A stretch of 64,000 bases of DNA. It comes from the human T2T-CHM13v2.0 reference genome, Homo sapiens. Within the stretch, counting starts at the first letter, position 1. Each line of letters begins with the position of its first letter. The translations under genes were made by a program, and so were the position numbers. Shown piece after piece: positions 13,490 through 25,125 of this stretch. Where the stretch lies: NCBI RefSeq assembly GCF_009914755.1, contig NC_060927.1; one strand, given 5' to 3'. The notes beneath the pieces are model-generated. The model was not told where the DNA came from and ran no database searches. It saw nothing but the letters and a program-made list of their open reading frames with translations.

Positions 13490-13983
13490 GTGAGGCCCAG
13501 CCCAAGTCACAGGCCTCAAAGCAAACCTGGCAAGTGTCCCTCCCACAGTGGAGCCCAGCGTGGCCCAGGCGTGCCCCGACCCCTCCACTGTTGCCCCCCA
13601 GCAGCACATACTCCCCAGCTCCTGCCAGGCCAGCTTCCCCTGGAGAAGGCAGGTGGCTGAGCTCTTCCATGTGTTGCAGCCTAGTCTCCCCTAGGATGGC
13701 CCTGCACCTGGGGACAGGGCACCAGAGAGTGGGGCCTGCACACAGGAATGAGGCTTCTGGGGCCACACACGAGGTTGAGGCCCTTGGGAGCCCAGTTGCA
13801 CAGGTGGATGGGGTACCTGGGGGTGGGGCTCGTATTTCAGGATGGGATCCCCTTTGAGGCGGGGCCTGCCCTCTGGAGGACACATGCTCCCCTGCCCCAC
13901 CCTTGCTCAGCACATAGGACAGCATTGGCTGGGGTGGGGATCCAAGGCCCCTTTGGCCTCCCAGATCTGCCCACCCCACACAG

Positions 13984-14116
13984 GAAGCTCCACTGCACGC
14001 GGAACTACATCCACATGCACCTCTTCATATCCTTCATCCTGAGGGCTGCCGCTGTCTTCATCAAAGACTTGGCCCTCTTCGACAGCGGGGAGTCGGACCA
14101 GTGCTCCGAGGGCTCG
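13984..14116 (+). CDS. VIPR1: VIPR1 exon 6, ICL1-TM2 ([44 protein letters not shown])
   Basis: cacag|GAAG acceptor, TCG|gtgagg donor, 133 nt; LHCTRNYIH signature. Confidence 0.98.
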
Positions 14117-15164
14117 GTGAGGATCCTGGCCCTGGCCCACCTCCCTCAGTCTCGCCGTTATCTTTAACCACTGTAATCTCCTCTTCTCCCCCTGCTTCTC
14201 CCTCTCCCTCCTCCCTCTTCCCTCCCACCCCACCCCTCAATCCAAGGATAGCCTAACCCCCACCCAACCCCACCTGGCAGTACTCAAATCACACTCCCCT
14301 CCGGCAACAGGAGATGTTGCTCACCCATCTGGGTGCTCACAGACCTGCCGCCGCCAGTGAGAAAAGCAGATGGGAAATGGGACACTTCATGGCCACAGCC
14401 CAGAGCACCTGTCCCACCTGTTGCTAACTTCCTATGTGGCCTTGGGGAACTTACAGCCTCAGTTTCCCCATCTGTGCAAGGAATTCCAAGATTCCTTCCA
14501 ACTCTGCCATCTGCCACCTGCATAGCCAGGGCTCTGCTCACCATGCCACTTTTCCTACTCCCCCCGTCCCCGTGCCATCTGGAGTGGGTCCATACATATG
14601 CAGTCCTCCTCTTTTGTTCTGATCCTGACAGCAGGCTGGTTCTGGGCCTTCCTAGGGAAGAGAGGTAAAGGGATCATCTAAGGAATTCATTGCCAGTCAC
14701 TAAGGGGGCCATCTCCAAGGGATTCTTAGGGACCCTCTCTGAGTGCCCCAAGCTTTGACAGAGAGCTTGAGATCAGCCCCAGCCCCCACTCATTCCTTGT
14801 GGTCAGTAACTCATTGCTTCATGCATGACCCCAGAGGCAGTGCATTATATCAGGGGTCAGCAGTACCTTCTCCCCAAAGAGTGAAATGATCATACTGGAA
14901 TCTCAGGCATTTCAACAAGGGGGAGAGAAAACCTAGGGGACCCACTTTGGCCATTCCCAGAGCTTCTCAGAGGTTCTGTCCCAGGAGCTGTGAGGCCAAG
15001 TCAGACATGAGCATTGTGAGCCACAGGACCTGTGGAGGAACCTGCTGCCTCCTGTGCACATGTTACGGATAATTATGGAGACTGGCTTCCCAATTCATTA
15101 CTGCGAAGCTTTTCTAAGACTAGGAAGAAGCACAGATAACTGTCCTGGTAAAGAGCTGAGTTAT

Positions 15165-15477
<313 letters not shown>

Positions 15478-16129
15478 GAGTTATTCTCCAAAAGCAAATG
15501 GGAGGAAGATGGGGAGGCAAGAACTCCTGTAACTGGAGGGACTGAAGCGAGACCTGAGGAAGGACTTTCCAACCAAAGGGAGTGGTGGGGGCAGGGGGAG
15601 GCTTCTCTCTGAGGATGTCGCAAACCAAGGGTACAGGAAGGAAGGGTGGGAACCAATGTTTTGGGTACAGGGGGAAGTGGAAGCCAGACAGTTTCCTGGT
15701 GGAGGGTGGCTTTAAGCCCTGGCTGACAGACATCTAGGCTTGATCTGAAATGGGGGACTTTCTGGGAGGGGACAGAAGGCCCAGAATACCTTCCAGTCAT
15801 GCCAAGTGGGCCACCCAGAGCCCTGTGATTGCTCTACTCATGGGTCTCCCTAACTCCTTCATGGTCCTCGTCTGCCTAAGAAACCCATTCTTCCACTCGG
15901 TCCTCTGAACCCCAGGAGGAATGGCCACCCCTCCCCTCTTCTCTTCTTCTTCATTTCTACTTCCCCCTCTTCCACCCTCTTCTCAGTCCCAGTCTCCCTC
16001 CACACTTCCATCTGGGCCCCACTCCACAGTCCACAGCCCTCCACTCCCCCACATTGAGCAGACTCTTGAAACTCAAGCAAGAATTCTCCCTCATACCTTC
16101 CAGCTACCTTCAATACAAATTGGCATTAG

Positions 16130-16560
16130 ATGAATGAGTGGGTGGGGTGGGAGTGTGGATGGGCAGGTTGGTGGATGGCTAAGTAGGCAGCAGGATAAAT
16201 GGGTTAAGTAAGGAAGATTGGACAGATGATAGGCAGAGGGGCAGGTAGGTAGATATGTGGGTGGATGCACAAGTGGATTGATGGGTGGGTGCAGAGATGA
16301 ATGGATGGGTAGATGACTGAGTGGGTTGGTAGAAGAATGGAGAGATAGGTGTGTGGGTGGATGGATTGATAGATGGGAAGATGATAGATGATGGATGGAC
16401 ACATGGATAAAAAATGGATAAATGAGTGAGTTGATAGTGAATGTCTAGTGGGTGAGTGGGTAAATAAATGGATACATGGATAGGTGGGTAGATGATTGAA
16501 TGGGCAGATGGGTAGATATATAGATGGGAAGGTGAATAGATGAATTGATGGATGGATAAT
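16130..16560. repeat. Degenerate (TGGA/TGGG/TAGA)n tetranucleotide tract
   Basis: Direct reading. Confidence 0.9.
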
Positions 16561-16771
16561 TAAAATCACCAGTTTATCCCGAAGTATCAGAGGATCTAAA
16601 ATTAGGGAAAATGGGAAAACCAATGAGTACATTTTTAAGGGGATAATGCAAAACAACAAAGAGATTAAGTTGGCTGCACTGCAACTGTGTTTGTCCCCCC
16701 AGACACGAGTGTGGGCAGTCAAGGACCCTTGACAGCCCCAGTGAACCCCGTCTTTTCTCCTCCCCCTGCAG

Positions 16772-16925
16772 GTGGGCTGTAAGGCAGCCATGGTCTTTTT
16801 CCAATATTGTGTCATGGCTAACTTCTTCTGGCTGCTGGTGGAGGGCCTCTACCTGTACACCCTGCTTGCCGTCTCCTTCTTCTCTGAGCGGAAGTACTTC
16901 TGGGGGTACATACTCATCGGCTGGG
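16772..16925 (+). CDS. VIPR1: VIPR1 exon 7, TM3-TM4 ([51 protein letters not shown])
   Basis: ctgcag|GTG acceptor, TGGG|gtatg donor, 154 nt; WLLVEGLYL signature. Confidence 0.98.
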
Positions 16926-17463
16926 GTATGGTACCAGGGAGGGCTTCCAGGCTGGGGACAGAGGGGGCAAGGCCTGGAGAACTCCCTAGGGGGAGGGTGC
17001 CAACCCAGCTTGCAGTCCTACGTCTTGCTTAGCTGCAGGTCCTGCCTGCAAGGATATCAGCCAAGGGTCAAGAAAGTCCTCAAAATGTCTGATCCCAGGA
17101 CAAGTCCCTCAGGTTGCAGCTGCACCTAGGGCTGACCTGTGGGACAGATTTTGTGAACATCTTTCCATTTCCCTTTAGTTCCCGAAATACACAGGGCCAC
17201 TGCTAATCTATAAAGGGCCTCTGTCACAATTAGAAAGAGAATGTCCGTCTAGGTAGACACAGCCCTTCAGGCATACAGCTTCACCCCCTCAGTGGAGCAT
17301 CCCTCCGTGGTGAACAACCTATGCAACCAAAGACAGCAGACTGACAACCCACCCTTTTCTCTCTCCCTCCCTCTCCCTGCTTTTCTCCAAAATCTCTCCC
17401 TCATGCCCTCTACCCCTGCTTCCTGTGCCCTCTCTGCTCTTTCACTCTCCCTGGGCCTGACAG

Positions 17464-17524
17464 GGGTACCCAGCACATTCACCATGGTGTGGACCATCGC
17501 CAGGATCCATTTTGAGGATTATGG
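17464..17524 (+). CDS. VIPR1: VIPR1 exon 8 (GVPSTFTMVWTIARIHFEDYG)
   Basis: gacag|GG acceptor, GG|gtgagc donor, 61 nt, phases 1-2 consistent with neighbours. Confidence 0.96.
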
Positions 17525-17795
17525 GTGAGCTGCTGCCCCACACACTCCCCCGGCCGCCATCACTTGGGCAGGCCCCCTGGGTGGGATGATAATGCCATCT
17601 GGCCTTGGTGAGTGGACAAAAACCACAGCTCTCGGGCCAGAGGGGAGGCTGGAGGAGGACCTGGGGAGCAACAGACTCTGGGCCCGGGGTTGCTAAAGTG
17701 CTCAGGAGCAGAGCTGGGGACAACTGGGGGAGGTGCTGCTGAGTCTCTCTCTGGCTGAGGACAATCCCTCTCATTCCTCCCCACGGTCTGCTCAG

Positions 17796-17862
17796 GTGCT
17801 GGGACACCATCAACTCCTCACTGTGGTGGATCATAAAGGGCCCCATCCTCACCTCCATCTTG
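17796..17862 (+). CDS. VIPR1: VIPR1 exon 9 (CWDTINSSLWWIIKGPILTSIL)
   Basis: ctcag|GTGC acceptor, TTG|gtaag donor, 67 nt; ECL2 CW motif. Confidence 0.96.
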
Positions 17863-18234
17863 GTAAGATACCCTCCCACCACCTAGAGATGGGGAAACAG
17901 GCCCAAAGGGCAGGCAACTTAGCCCAAGGTCACATGGGAAATTAGTATCTAGGTCAGAACTGAAACGTAGCTTCCTAATGCCCAATGCAGGATCATCCCC
18001 ACCCCTGTCCTACCAGTTCTTCCTTGAGCGTAAGCGGATTGGGAGCACAGTCCTTAGGGATTTGAAGGAGGTAGAGTTCCCGGATGACCTGCCCAAAGGG
18101 GAAATGCCAGAGGAGAGGTAAGATAGAGAGAGGGGCAGCAGGACCCTGGGAAAGAAGACAGGCCAGCAGTCAAGGGGCCTGAACACCTCAGCCTTCCCGC
18201 TCTGACTGCCCGAACTCGGGTCCCCACCCACTAG

Positions 18235-18326
18235 GTAAACTTCATCCTGTTTATTTGCATCATCCGAATCCTGCTTCAGAAACTGCGGCCCCCAGATATC
18301 AGGAAGAGTGACAGCAGTCCATACTC
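18235..18326 (+). CDS. VIPR1: VIPR1 exon 10, TM5-ICL3 (VNFILFICIIRILLQKLRPPDIRKSDSSPYS)
   Basis: ctag|GTAAAC acceptor, TC|gtgagt donor, 92 nt. Confidence 0.96.
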
Positions 18327-20562
18327 GTGAGTGTGGGCCTAGTGCCTCAGCCCCCAGTACCTCCATCCCCAGTCCTCAAATCATCCCACATCTCCTTGAA
18401 GTCCTCCCACCCCAAACATCCAGAGTCACCAAAGAGCCACATTGTTCTTTCCCACCTCCACCATGGCCTGGCTCAGCCCACCACCATCCCCTGCTCCAGC
18501 CCCACCCTCACCAGGCTGCACTCAGAGCCCTGCATGCTTCTCCTGCCCACACTCACCTAGCATCCTTCCCAGGTATGCATCTGCTGCCAAGCCAGGGAGC
18601 TCAAGAGGACACCGATGACCTGTGTCTTGTTCATACCATGTGCCCAGTCCCTGGCATGTGCCTCACATGGAAAAAGGGTGCAATAAACACATAGTAGATG
18701 AATGCCCTGGGGGAGACCCCAGTCCACCAATGAGACAGCCATGTTCGGGACTCAGTATTCCTCAGTAATAATGATGACACCTGCAGTTTACATGCCAGGC
18801 ACACGCTAAGGGATTTCCATGCATCATGTCATTTCATCCACACAGTCCCCTGCAAAATTATCTTTACTTTACAGGGAGGAAATGACATACACTCCCTTCT
18901 CCTTGAGGGTTTTGGAGCAGGTCACCATGGGCAGGGAGAAGGGGGCACAATGTCCATGGACCAGGGCTTGGAAAGGTGTCAGGACTGTTCCCCCTGCTTG
19001 GGAGGACTGGAGGAAGAGGCAGGTTTTTTTGCGGGAGCAACAAGGCTTGAAGACAGAGCTAAAGAAACATGAAAAATATGAAAAGGGAGGCTGTGGGAAG
19101 GCAAGTAGGGTCTGCATGCTCACAGATGGGAGTAGGAGATTGAGTATCAGTGCTATTGACACAAGACAAACCTGGGACGTCCCACAAGGCCTTCCAGTCC
19201 TGGGATTCTTCTTGGCCTGGCTTCTCTTTGGAGAGTCTGTGCTGTGGTTCTAAGATTCCTGGCTAGAATGTCACAGACTGCTGGATTTAGGATTCTATTC
19301 TGGAATCCTGTGATTCTCCCTGATGAGACTAAGACTCACATTCCTGGTGTGACTGCATTCTCTCCTGCCAGGTGTGTAGGCGGAGCTTCCCTTCCTGTCT
19401 GAGAAGGAAAGGCTGGGGGGGACGGGGGGGGCATCTGCAGTCTGCTGAGGGGCAGCACATCGGGCCTGTGCACCCTTATCCTCTCCTTTGCCGATGGGAC
19501 CTTATTTCCCCCAACTTACAATGGTTCAAAAGGGCCTGAATCTGAGGCAAACAGAGCTGGCCATGGTCAGGGCCAGGTCTGTGTGGTGAGACAGAAAGGA
19601 AACAGTTGTCAGCAGGCAAAAGGGGTGGGGGCAGTTGGAGATGAAGCTCCTCAAGGAGAAGCTGTCAGCTCCCACTCTACACCTCCCCATAAGCCTTTGA
19701 TTTAAAGAAAGCCTCCATCTGTTAGCCTCCGGTGTGTGGGATAGTTTTGCAGCCGAAGAGGGGTGGGCATTGCTCAGGATCTTGGCATGGCTGAGAACCA
19801 GGTCCAGGAAGGAGTGGGAGGGGCAAGGCCAGCTCCTCTGCCCCCAGCTTGCTGTGGGACCTCAGGCCTTGGGCTAGACTTCCTTGGACTGACTGCTAAG
19901 GCAGGAGAGACAGAGTCAGAGACCCTCCCTATCCACACCCCACCTCTCCTAGCCAGGGAGCAATGGGTTCACACTGCCTGGATCAGCTATGAGGTCAGGT
20001 GGCTGGGAGGCCTGAACCAGGAAGAGCTCTGGGCCATGGGAGGCGGGTGAGCATTTAGAATGAATGCTGACCCTACTGAGCACACAAAGCTGTGAAGAAG
20101 GAGCTGGTCCTTCAGAGCACGCTGGGAGTATATGCACTGGTGTGGGGAGGTAGGAGGAGGGGGATGCAACCCCAGAGAAGGTGGCAACTTCTGGAGAAGC
20201 AGACACAGCAGAAAAAACACAGATAGAGGGCGATACTGATTAATTTTGGGTTGTCCCTGGTGATCAGGTATGAACTTGGGTCCCCATCACCCTCCCAAGT
20301 GGCCCTGGGCATATGTGGTCAGCACCCAGTTAGAAAGACTTGTTTCCTAGTACGTCTTCTCTCATGGTCTCTCATGGATGCACTATACTTCATAGTACCC
20401 AAAACACTTCCAAGTTCATAGTGGGCCTCTGTTTCTATAATTTGACTATGTCGAGCATACACTTACTGCATTATACAAATTGGAAAAACTGAGACCAGGA
20501 GAGGAGGAACCAGAATCTCTTGTTGCCTAAGAGATTTTCTACTGCTCTTGATGGCTGAGAGC

Positions 20563-20627
20563 ATCCTCTACTGCAATGATGAGGTAAGCCTCTCCTAGAC
20601 CAGGGGGCCCAGGCAACAGAACTCCCA
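20563..20627 (+). pseudogene. Decayed duplicate of VIPR1 exon 12 plus donor and start of intron 12 (copy of 21351-21421)
   Basis: 55/65 identities plus one 6-nt deletion; GAG|GTAAGCC retained. Confidence 0.85.
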
Positions 20628-20967
20628 ATAGTGGATTTCAGCTAACATGTCCCTGTTAGCATCATTCTCACTGGCCTCTCCTTTACCTCTTACCCTCTCT
20701 CCTCCAGAAGGGTGAGAATAGAGGGGGTTTCTTTCTCTCTCATGCTTCCCTCCAGGCCAGGAGGGCTGGGGGCAGAAGGGCAGAGGCACTGCAGCTGTGG
20801 AACAGGAGCAGACAAGGGCATAATATTCAGAGGAACCTACAGTCCATCCTCATACTTCCTGGTCATTGTCCCCATCTTCTGTGCCTCCAGCTGCCCCCAT
20901 GCCACACCCTATCATATCCACATGTGTGGACACACATACCCATGGCCTGTCCCTCCCCTGTCTCCAG

Positions 20968-21097
20968 AAGGCTAGCCAGGTCCACACTCCTGCTGATCCC
21001 CCTGTTTGGAGTACACTACATCATGTTCGCCTTCTTTCCGGACAATTTTAAGCCTGAAGTGAAGATGGTCTTTGAGCTCGTCGTGGGGTCTTTCCAG
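20968..21097 (+). CDS. VIPR1: VIPR1 exon 11, TM6-TM7 ([43 protein letters not shown])
   Basis: ctccag|AAGG acceptor, CAG|gtatg donor, 130 nt; [10 protein letters not shown] signature. Confidence 0.98.
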
Positions 21098-21335
21098 GTA
21101 TGGGCTGTTGACTTAAGGCTGCATTCTTCCCTGGCTTTTAAGGGAATTCAACCTGGAGTCTTGGCCCTTGCCACTGGATTCCAACCTTTTTACTGTAATA
21201 AGTATTAGATAAGCACCTACTTTGTGCTTAGCTCTTTCCTTAACCAGGGGAACACAGGGGCTGGAGCCAGGGGTGGGGCAGGGCTGGGGGCTTCTGGTCT
21301 GTCTACCTCACCTCTCCTGTCATCTTCCTTCTCAG

Positions 21336-21377
21336 GGTTTTGTGGTGGCTATCCTCTACTGCTTCCTCAATGGTGAG
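21336..21377 (+). CDS. VIPR1: VIPR1 exon 12 (GFVVAILYCFLNGE), the conserved 42-nt class B exon
   Basis: ctcag|GGT acceptor, GAG|gtaag donor. Confidence 0.97.
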
Positions 21378-21477
21378 GTAAGCCCCTCCCAGTCCTTGGG
21401 GCTTAGGCAATGGAACTCCCAGGACCAGGGTCCGGAAACATTGGTGGGATATGTGCAGAGCAAGGACGGGTTAAACC

Positions 21478-21675
21478 TTGCTGCTCCAAGTATGGTCCTC
21501 AAACTAGTAGCACTGGTGTCACCTAGGCCCTTGTTAAAAATGCGCATCTCTGGGACCACCCCAGACCTGCTGGCTTAGAATCTGCATTTTAATAATTATT
21601 TTAAAAAACAAACAAACAGCTTTTTACTAAACCCCAGGGGGATTCCTGTGCACAACAGAGTTTGAGAAACACCTA
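21478..21675. mobile_element. MER5A-like hAT-Charlie element
   Basis: cttgttaaaaatgc..ccaccccagacctgctg..agaatctgcattttaa..agtttgagaaacac. Confidence 0.75.
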
Positions 21676-22082
21676 GTTAAGTGGCTGTGTGCAGTGAGTG
21701 GGGAGGGATGAGGGCTTCCAATGAAGGTTGAGTTGCTGTGGAGCTCTGGTTACATTGCACAAAAAACCCACTCAAGTGAGCTGGAGACCCAGGATGGGAA
21801 GAATTGGAGTACAGTCACCCCTAGGCAGCATCCCTCCCTCTCCCTGGACTGTATTCTAGGATCCTCTCTGCCTCTTACCTCCTGCCATTCCAAGGCCTCC
21901 TTCTGAACCTGGCCTCAACCCAGTCCCAAGTTTGCACCGCCCGAGGCAGCATAGGGGTCCCTCCATTTTGATTTCCTAAAGAGAATAAGACTGGCTAGTT
22001 CAGAACCCTAAGTCCAGGGCAGCCCAATCAGCAGTGGAAGAGGCTCCACAGCAGTGGGCCTGACCACCTTCCCCTCTCCTAG

Positions 22083-22274
22083 GTGCAGGCGGAGCTGAGG
22101 CGGAAGTGGCGGCGCTGGCACCTGCAGGGCGTCCTGGGCTGGAACCCCAAATACCGGCACCCGTCGGGAGGCAGCAACGGCGCCACGTGCAGCACGCAGG
22201 TTTCCATGCTGACCCGCGTCAGCCCAGGTGCCCGCCGCTCCTCCAGCTTCCAAGCCGAAGTCTCCCTGGTCTGA
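22083..22274 (+). CDS. VIPR1: VIPR1 exon 13 coding part (VQAELRRKWRRW...SSFQAEVSLV*), ending in a PDZ-binding SLV motif
   Basis: cctag|GTG acceptor, TGA at 22272-22274; in frame with exon 12. Confidence 0.98.
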   Translation: MQAELRRKWRRWHLQGVLGWNPKYRHPSGGSNGATCSTQVSMLTRVSPGARRSSSFQAEVSLV

Positions 22275-22590
22275 CCACCAGGATCCCAGGGGCCCAAGGC
22301 GGCCCCTCCCGCCCCTTCCCACTCACCCCGGCAGACGCCGGGGACAGAGGCCTGCCCGGGCGCGGCCAGCCCCGGCCCTGGGCTCGGAGGCTGCCCCCGG
22401 CCCCCTGGTCTCTGGTCCGGACACTCCTAGAGAACGCAGCCCTAGAGCCTGCCTGGAGCGTTTCTAGCAAGTGAGAGAGATGGGAGCTCCTCTCCTGGAG
22501 GATTGCAGGTGGAACTCAGTCATTAGACTCCTCCTCCAAAGGCCCCCTACGCCAATCAAGGGCAAAAAGTCTACATACTTTCATCCTGAC

Positions 22591-22607
22591 TCTGCCCCCT
22601 GCTGGCT
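22591..22607 (-). promoter_or_regulatory. CTCF motif in the VIPR1 3'UTR
   Basis: Reverse complement reads AGCCAGCAGGGGGCAGA. Confidence 0.5.
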
Positions 22608-23543
22608 CTTCTGCCCAATTGGAGGAAAGCAACCGGTGGATCCTCAAACAACACTGGTGTGACCTGAGGGCAGAAAGGTTCTGCCCGGGAAGGTCACCAG
22701 CACCAACACCACGGTAGTGCCTGAAATTTCACCATTGCTGTCAAGTTCCTTTGGGTTAAGCATTACCACTCAGGCATTTGACTGAAGATGCAGCTCACTA
22801 CCCTATTCTCTCTTTACGCTTAGTTATCAGCTTTTTAAAGTGGGTTATTCTGGAGTTTTTGTTTGGAGAGCACACCTATCTTAGTGGTTCCCCACCGAAG
22901 TGGACTGGCCCCTGGGTCAGTCTGGTGGGAGGACGGTGCAACCCAAGGACTGAGGGACTCTGAAGCCTCTGGGAAATGAGAAGGCAGCCACCAGCGAATG
23001 CTAGGTCTCGGACTAAGCCTACCTGCTCTCCAAGTCTCAGTGGCTTCATCTGTCAAGTGGGATCTGTCACACCAGCCATACTTATCTCTCTGTGCTGTGG
23101 AAGCAACAGGAATCAAGAGCTGCCCTCCTTGTCCACCCACCTATGTGCCAACTGTTGTAACTAGGCTCAGAGATGTGCACCCATGGGCTCTGACAGAAAG
23201 CAGATACCTCACCCTGCTACACATACAGGATTTGAACTCAGATCTGTCTGATAGGAATGTGAAAGCACGGACTCTTACTGCTAACTTTTGTGTATCGTAA
23301 CCAGCCAGATCCTCTTGGTTATTTGTTTACCACTTGTATTATTAATGCCATTATCCCTGAATTCCCCTTGCCACCCCACCCTCCCTGGAGTGTGGCTGAG
23401 GAGGCCTCCATCTCATGTATCATCTGGATAGGAGCCTGCTGGTCACAGCCTCCTCTGTCTGCCCTTCACCCCAGTGGCCACTCAGCTTCCTACCCACACC
23501 TCTGCCAGAAGATCCCCTCAGGACTGCAACAGGCTTGTGCAAC

Positions 23544-23549
23544 AATAAA
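23544..23549 (+). terminator. VIPR1: VIPR1 polyadenylation signal AATAAA
   Basis: Canonical hexamer ~1.3 kb after the stop, followed by GT/T-rich sequence (ggcttggattggcttggtt). Confidence 0.85.
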
Positions 23550-24684
23550 TGTTGGCTTGGATTGGCTTGGTTCCCCTGGTGGTTGATATTCTCATATGGC
23601 CTAAAATGGGACCAGCTTCCAACTTGGAGCCATCTTCCTCCACCCAAAGGATGGGTGATCTAATACATTACTGAAACCAGATGCCTCAACTCTTTTGGCT
23701 TTTGACAGAAATCCATATTTTCATATGAGGCATTCACAGTTCTGAGGGCCTTCAGCTCCCATCTTTTTGAGTGGTATCCTCTCTCCTCTGAGTGTGATGA
23801 AGACCAGGTCCCCATTGTGTCCCCCCACTCCTTAAATCCAGCCAAGAAAAGACCATTCTAATCTCAGATCAATACAAAACAGCTGGCAGAGCTGCCCAGG
23901 GTCCCAGAAATGGTTGAGTGTGAGTGTTTCACAGGCCGCAGACATTGCTGCAAACAAGGGTCTAGGATGACCATGTTGCAATTACCCAGGGCTCAGCTAA
24001 GAGGAGGTAGGTAGTGGACAAAACAAATGTCACCAACACAAGTTGAGTGAGCAGAGACAATATGGCACTAATAAAAAGGTTTAGACACAGAGGCAGTATG
24101 GCAAATATCATCAGTCAGCAAGAGATGTCTCCAAAGCCGTTCCCATGCTGACCTCCTTGGGTCCCACCTCCTGCAAACTTGCTAGAGGAGCAGGAGAGGG
24201 ATGTCAAGCTGGTAAAATGTGGTCAGAATGGGCTGGCAAAGGCTCATATCTGCCTGCCCAGCTACTTCAATGCCTTGTCTGACCCAGTACCATTCCAGGA
24301 CCCATCATCAATGACAGTTCCAACCCAGTATCCTCAGAGGCCAGAGTCAGGGGTGTTCAGGCCAGAATAGAAGTGACTGTGAGCCATGGGCAGAGGCACC
24401 CCCAGGGAAATGCCCTTTGATCAGTTGCCCAGCATATCCAGGAGTGGCACGGTCTCTCCATCTAGATTCACACTCCATGCCCTGCCCTGTGCATGGTCAG
24501 CCATAGGATCGAGAAGGAGGCGCTGTTCCTAACCTTGACCTCAGGTACCCCCAGGCCTGCTAGAGAGAACATTGTCAGTAGCCCCCACCCCTGCCCAGAC
24601 CAACAGTGGTGACCACCAGTGAGGTACTGGTGGTGGAGAGCTGAGCTGGGGCATCTAGAACTTCTTTCATTCTTCCCTGAGCGT

Positions 24685-24986
24685 CTTTTTTTTTTTTTTT
24701 TTTGAGATGGAGTCTCGCTCTGTCGCCCAGGCTGGAGTGCAAGTGGTGTGATCTTGGCTCACTGCGACCTCCACCTCTCAGGTTCAAGCAGTTCTCCTGC
24801 CTCAGCCTCCTGAGTAGCTGGGACTACAGGCATGCACCACCACACCTGGCTCATTTTTGTATTTTTAGTAGAGATGAGGTTTTGCCATGTTGGCCAGGCT
24901 GGTCTTGAACTCCGGACCTCAGGTGATCCGCCCACCTCGGCCTCTCAAAGTGCTGGAATTACAGGTGTAAGCCACGGCACCCAGTC
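24685..24986 (-). mobile_element. AluS
   Basis: Poly-T followed by reverse-complement Alu. Confidence 0.95.
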
Positions 24987-25092
24987 TACTGACCCTGGGC
25001 ATCTTGCATTCCCGCCACTCCAAGGCATAGGAGTTGAGAGACAGGGGACAGACAGTCTGTCCATGTTCCCCTCATCCAATTGGGGCATGCCA

Positions 25093-25125
25093 CTCTCTCT
25101 CTCTCTCTCTCTCCCTCTCTCTCTC
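25093..25125. repeat. (CT)n microsatellite
   Basis: Direct reading. Confidence 0.9.

Larger units (their letters stand above)
22275..23565 (+). other. VIPR1: VIPR1 3'UTR (end approximate)
   Basis: Runs from the stop codon to just past AATAAA at 23544. Confidence 0.8.

Noticed and set aside
13332-13979. 215-aa minus-strand ORF, the longest in the window
   Set aside because: Antisense to VIPR1 exon 5/intron 5 in GC-rich DNA; no recognisable domain.
16091-16815. His/Pro/Ile-rich ORFs (103 and 203 aa)
   Set aside because: Translation of the (TGGA)n low-complexity tract.
18327-20967. True orthologue of the PAC1 hip/hop 84-nt cassettes
   Set aside because: No hip- or hop-like peptide seen by eye; only the exon 12 relic was found.
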